Of a stretch of 64,000 bases of DNA, positions 60,498 to 64,000 are shown piece after piece (the stretch's first letter is position 1; each line of letters starts with the position of its first letter). The stretch is taken from assembly GCA_017654855.1 (NCBI GenBank), contig CM030335.1, forward strand, positions 3,100,001 through 3,164,000, written 5' to 3'. The notes beneath the pieces are model-generated. The model was not told where the DNA came from and did no database searches. It saw only the letters and a list, made by a program, of their open reading frames with translations. The stretch is from Podospora anserina. Lineage: Eukaryota. Made by a program: the position numbers and the translations under genes.

Positions 60498-61907
60498 TTA
60501 CTTTCTCTTCTCTAACCACTCTAGAGTTTGGCCTCGCGAGAGGGCTTGCGGTAACTCCATCAAAAGCTTCCTCATGGACACTGTTCCCAACATAGTGAAT
60601 TTCAGCGTCTGTCCTACCTCTTCCAGCTTCCGGGCGAATGTTTGTAGCTCATAATCACAAACAACCGTAAGGTTTACCCCAACCATCGATGAAGCGAGCC
60701 ACAGCAATAACATCTTGACTTCCGGGTCGCCACCAAAAGCTCCACAGCCCCATGGACCGGTTTTGATCTTGGATATGGTACCGTCCAAGCTTGAAGAAAA
60801 CGCCGTATACGCTTTTGCTATTTCCCGTTCCATATTACCCGGGTCCAAATCGGCAAGTCTCCCATCATTCACCAGATCCAGTTCTAGAGCATCCATAAAA
60901 AGCATCGTCCGGAACTTCCAAGTTGCATCACCACCCTGTGGAGGATCCAACATACTTCCAACAATGATATCTCTTCCCTTGCCAACAACATTGACCATAG
61001 CCTGTGCCCCACGCACCTTTAGCACCTGTTCATCTCCAAGTGGCGGGGTAAACAAGACAATAGGACACGCCTCAGGCGATATCCCAACATGAACCTCCTC
61101 CTGAGTAGCAGACTGCCCAAACCCAACGACCCTGTTTGCCGAGATCACCACAGCTTGTCCGTCGCCATCACCCACTCCTAGGCTACCCGGCAAAGTGTCA
61201 TATGTCTCCACCACCACGACCTTCAGTTCACTAAGTGGTCGATCTTGCGCAGATATCTCGTCGTAGTTCTCTGGCAGGGAATGCAATGAATATTCCACAA
61301 CCCAACCGTCCATTGTCTTCTCGTCACAAAGAACATCCCCAAAGTACAGCATCAAGGCCCGGAGATACCCCCTCACGGCAACAGGATGCCTCTGCTGAGA
61401 AGAATACCATATCCCAAAGTCGTGCGTCCCGTCGTCGTCCCGAAATGGTGGTAAACTCAGTGTGCGGAGGAATTGGTGCACAACCAAGCAAGCTATTTGC
61501 CTGCGGGAGAATGGCAAGCTGTAATTCTCCCTACTGAGCACAGGGATTCGGCCGTTCTGAAACAGAACTGGCATTTGTAGCGCTATATCCACGATACGAG
61601 ACCATACTTTCGCGAAGAAGACCTCGGCAGTGTCGAACGACGTGGCGATTGCATCTATTAGAAGCTCATAATCCCCCGCTGGCTGTGATGTCTCCCGCAG
61701 AATGACAGATATTGTGTCCAGAATGTCGACTAATCCAGTAGTAGAGTTGACAGGCCGGCAGAGGATTGCCTCGAGGACGGGCCAGAATGGGACTTGTCCA
61801 TTCTCGTCCTCGGCTTGGTCACCTGTTGGGTGGAGGCTGAAGCGGTCGGTGCATTTGTATTCGGGGGAGAAAGGGAGGAGGTAGAATTTGGGGTGTGGTG
61901 GCGACAT
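60498..61907 (-). CDS. Poly(ADP-ribose) glycohydrolase, canonical (metazoan/plant-type) catalytic domain, ~469 aa
   Basis: SRRQIACLVVHQFL, SANRVVGFGQSATQEEVHVGISPE (PARG QEE loop), MDAL, REIAKAYTAF, TGPWGCGAFGGD. Confidence 0.88.
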   Translation of the reverse strand: MSPPHPKFYLLPFSPEYKCTDRFSLHPTGDQAEDENGQVPFWPVLEAILCRPVNSTTGLVDILDTISVILRETSQPAGDYELLIDAIATSFDTAEVFFAKVWSRIVDIALQMPVLFQNGRIPVLSRENYSLPFSRRQIACLVVHQFLRTLSLPPFRDDDGTHDFGIWYSSQQRHPVAVRGYLRALMLYFGDVLCDEKTMDGWVVEYSLHSLPENYDEISAQDRPLSELKVVVVETYDTLPGSLGVGDGDGQAVVISANRVVGFGQSATQEEVHVGISPEACPIVLFTPPLGDEQVLKVRGAQAMVNVVGKGRDIIVGSMLDPPQGGDATWKFRTMLFMDALELDLVNDGRLADLDPGNMEREIAKAYTAFSSSLDGTISKIKTGPWGCGAFGGDPEVKMLLLWLASSMVGVNLTVVCDYELQTFARKLEEVGQTLKFTMLGTVSMRKLLMELPQALSRGQTLEWLEKRK

Positions 61908-62698
61908 TTCGGGGCTTCTAAACTGACGGCGATCTGCCAGTGTTTGGGTAGACAATCTAGACCCAGGCGCAGAGGGAAGGAAGCTTGTCGACACCCGCGC
62001 GGGGGAGCCGCTGATTGCACAGCCACGACCCTTAACCCGAGTGTGAGTCACAGAACGCACAGAACAGTCCAGGAAGTCAATGGCGTTTGTTACGGAGAAA
62101 ATAATAGCTCAAGAAGGAGTTTTCCTCATTGGAAGCCAAATATACAATGGTCTAAGATGATGCTGGAGAGTTCGAGCTACGTCTCTGGTCATAGGGTAGG
62201 CAGGGGTTAGGGTTGTATATTGAGTTGATATCTGCTTGTGCCCAATGCAATTTCCCACAATATCTGTACACTCAGTTTCTTTGCAAAAGGTATCACTGGC
62301 TAATTCAACTGCTACTATCAGTTTCAGCACTGGTGAGCTCCCTTGCGATGATTTCCTCCTCAACTGGTGTGAACTGGTGATGCTTCGAATTCATGATGAA
62401 TCATTTCCATTGTGCAGCCCTTTCATTGGTCAGAAGCATAACTCGGCGGCGATGCAGTATGCCGCTTCACCACATTTGGTTAGCGCCATCCCGGTGTAAG
62501 CCGCTTGGACAACTGATTCACACGATCATGGTCCATCTCTCAAGCAAGTCTAGGGATATAAAACAAGTAGAGCATCACTTCAGGCAGAAACTCGGTCTAT
62601 CATCTTCACAAGGCATCAACACTTTGCCATCACCAGCAGCTGCACCCAGCGGACCACACCACCCTAATCACTCCAGCACCAACACCTCCCTGATACTC

Positions 62699-63688
62699 AT
62701 GCCAGACACTGCAACTGCCACAACCACCACAGCGACTACCACCAACATGGCTCTATCAAGCTCACCGAACAGTCGGTCATCAACCCCTGAGAGTAATCTC
62801 TCCCATTCCACCATACCACCATTCATCCCGGGCCAATGTCTCTTTTGTCTCCATCTATCATCATCCTTCCTCGACGGCATAGAGCACATGCAAAAGTCCC
62901 ACGGGCTATTCATCCCACATCGACAACTATTTTCTACCGAAAACCTCGAGGCTCTCTTTGAACAGCTCCATCTCATCATCTTCGAATACCACGAATGCAT
63001 CAAATGCGGGACAACAAGATCCTCAGTGCAAGCGATGCAGCAGCACATGACCGGCAAGCCAGGGCACTGCACATTTGACATCTCGGACCCAGAATCCGAG
63101 TTTGCCGAACTCTATCGCGGGATATTGGAGGGACGAGAAACAGACGGCCAGAAAGGTGACCAAGAGAGCACTTCCAATCCTTGGAATCAGGCTCGGGCAG
63201 TTCAAGTTGATGAAGATTCACTTCGGTTACCCTCGGGGAGGATAATATCAAAGAAATCATCCGTGATGCCACCATCACCTTCAGCGACGAATGCTTCTCG
63301 GTTGCGACATAACCGGACTCGGGTATCAGCTGCTGCCGCGGAGATAGGATACGCCATGGGAGAAGAGTCTAGCGATAACGAGGAGGAGCCGGTCCAGCCA
63401 AGCAACTCGGAGACAACACCAGGCGCGCAAGTGGTTTTGTCAAAGAGGGAAAAGAAGCGGGCAAGGGACATGGAGGCATATCAATTGACGCGGATGAGCG
63501 CGAATGATCGGACAAGCTTGATGCACCTGCCTGTGTCTCAGCAACGGGCCTTGCTGGCAACCCAGCAGAGACACCAGGAAAAGATGCAGACTGAGGAAAG
63601 AAGACAGCGGGCAAAGATTGATCGGAAGGGCAACAAGAATTTGTATACGTACTGGAATACCGAGACGCCGGTTTATCTGTGTGGATAG
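62699..63688 (+). CDS. Rei1-like C2H2 zinc-finger paralog lacking the N-terminal fingers (TRI15-like)
   Basis: CLFC..HMQKSHGLFIP, ECIKC..QQHMTGKPGHC, LRLPSGRII. A TATAAAA at ~62557 supports a start at 62699 rather than 62393. Confidence 0.78.
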   Translation: MPDTATATTTTATTTNMALSSSPNSRSSTPESNLSHSTIPPFIPGQCLFCLHLSSSFLDGIEHMQKSHGLFIPHRQLFSTENLEALFEQLHLIIFEYHECIKCGTTRSSVQAMQQHMTGKPGHCTFDISDPESEFAELYRGILEGRETDGQKGDQESTSNPWNQARAVQVDEDSLRLPSGRIISKKSSVMPPSPSATNASRLRHNRTRVSAAAAEIGYAMGEESSDNEEEPVQPSNSETTPGAQVVLSKREKKRARDMEAYQLTRMSANDRTSLMHLPVSQQRALLATQQRHQEKMQTEERRQRAKIDRKGNKNLYTYWNTETPVYLCG

Positions 63689-63807
63689 GGGCTTGGGTAT
63701 ATCATGCAGCACCACGTAGCAGATAGTAATTCGCCCTCCAGTGTCCGAAGCCATATGCAACCAAGTTCATTCCCCGGCCGCATAAACTCCCACGGCTTGT
63801 CCACACC

Positions 63808-64000
63808 TCAAAACACCCCCGGAACAAACCTCGCCGTCCTCGAATGCCACCCCTCCCACTCCCCCCCAAACTTTGTTCTCAACATCTCCTCCTCCTGCCT
63901 AACCCTAGTCCAAACCGCCCCGAGCACAACCGACACCCCCACCGGCGCCAACGACCACCCCAAATCCCTCAACCACTTGTACCACCTCTCCGACGCCCAG
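63808..64000 (-). CDS. 3' end of an isoprenylcysteine carboxyl methyltransferase / PEMT-family membrane protein (partial)
   Basis: TM segment, then RVRQEEEMLRTKFGGEWEGWHSRTARFVPGVF*, typical of the ICMT-family C-terminus. Confidence 0.75.
   Translation of the reverse strand, partial: WASERWYKWLRDLGWSLAPVGVSVVLGAVWTRVRQEEEMLRTKFGGEWEGWHSRTARFVPGVF

Noticed and set aside
53000-60500. Spok meiotic driver, Starship captain, or het/NLR locus
   Set aside because: No recognisable Spok, tyrosine-recombinase, NACHT/NB-ARC, HET or gasdermin motifs in any frame I could read.

Overview
Eukaryotic, intron-containing filamentous-ascomycete DNA. A Sordariales origin, probably the Podospora anserina species complex, is inferred from RIP signatures, intron style and the LTR family. 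Bases 1-6056 are a heavily RIP-mutated Ty3/gypsy chromovirus (gag/pol relic, possible antisense Zn-cluster ORF, 3' LTR), followed by a solo LTR with an ATAAG target-site duplication (TSD). The core block (12-52.6 kb) holds an RTA1-like gene, a Zn2Cys6 TF, CCT5, HBS1 (with a nested SKI7-type alternative exon), KAR2/BiP, tRNA-Pro(CGG), REI1, a frameshifted membrane-protein pseudogene, an Rsm1/NIPA-like gene, an AZUL-HECT E3 ligase, an F-box-like orphan, ADHFE1/HOT, MET10 and a Cu P1B-ATPase. The 53-60.5 kb zone is gene-poor, with decayed ORFs and a third LTR. It is followed by a canonical-type PARG, a truncated Rei1-like paralog and the 3' end of an ICMT-like gene. The most notable signals are two copies of a CAC...GTG MITE with 5-bp TSDs (Transib-like termini), the two-donor HBS1/SKI7 splice switch, a 22-bp repeat array between HBS1 and KAR2, the PARG with a variant catalytic loop, and a GC-AG intron. 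All assignments come from reading motifs by eye; no database searches were run.
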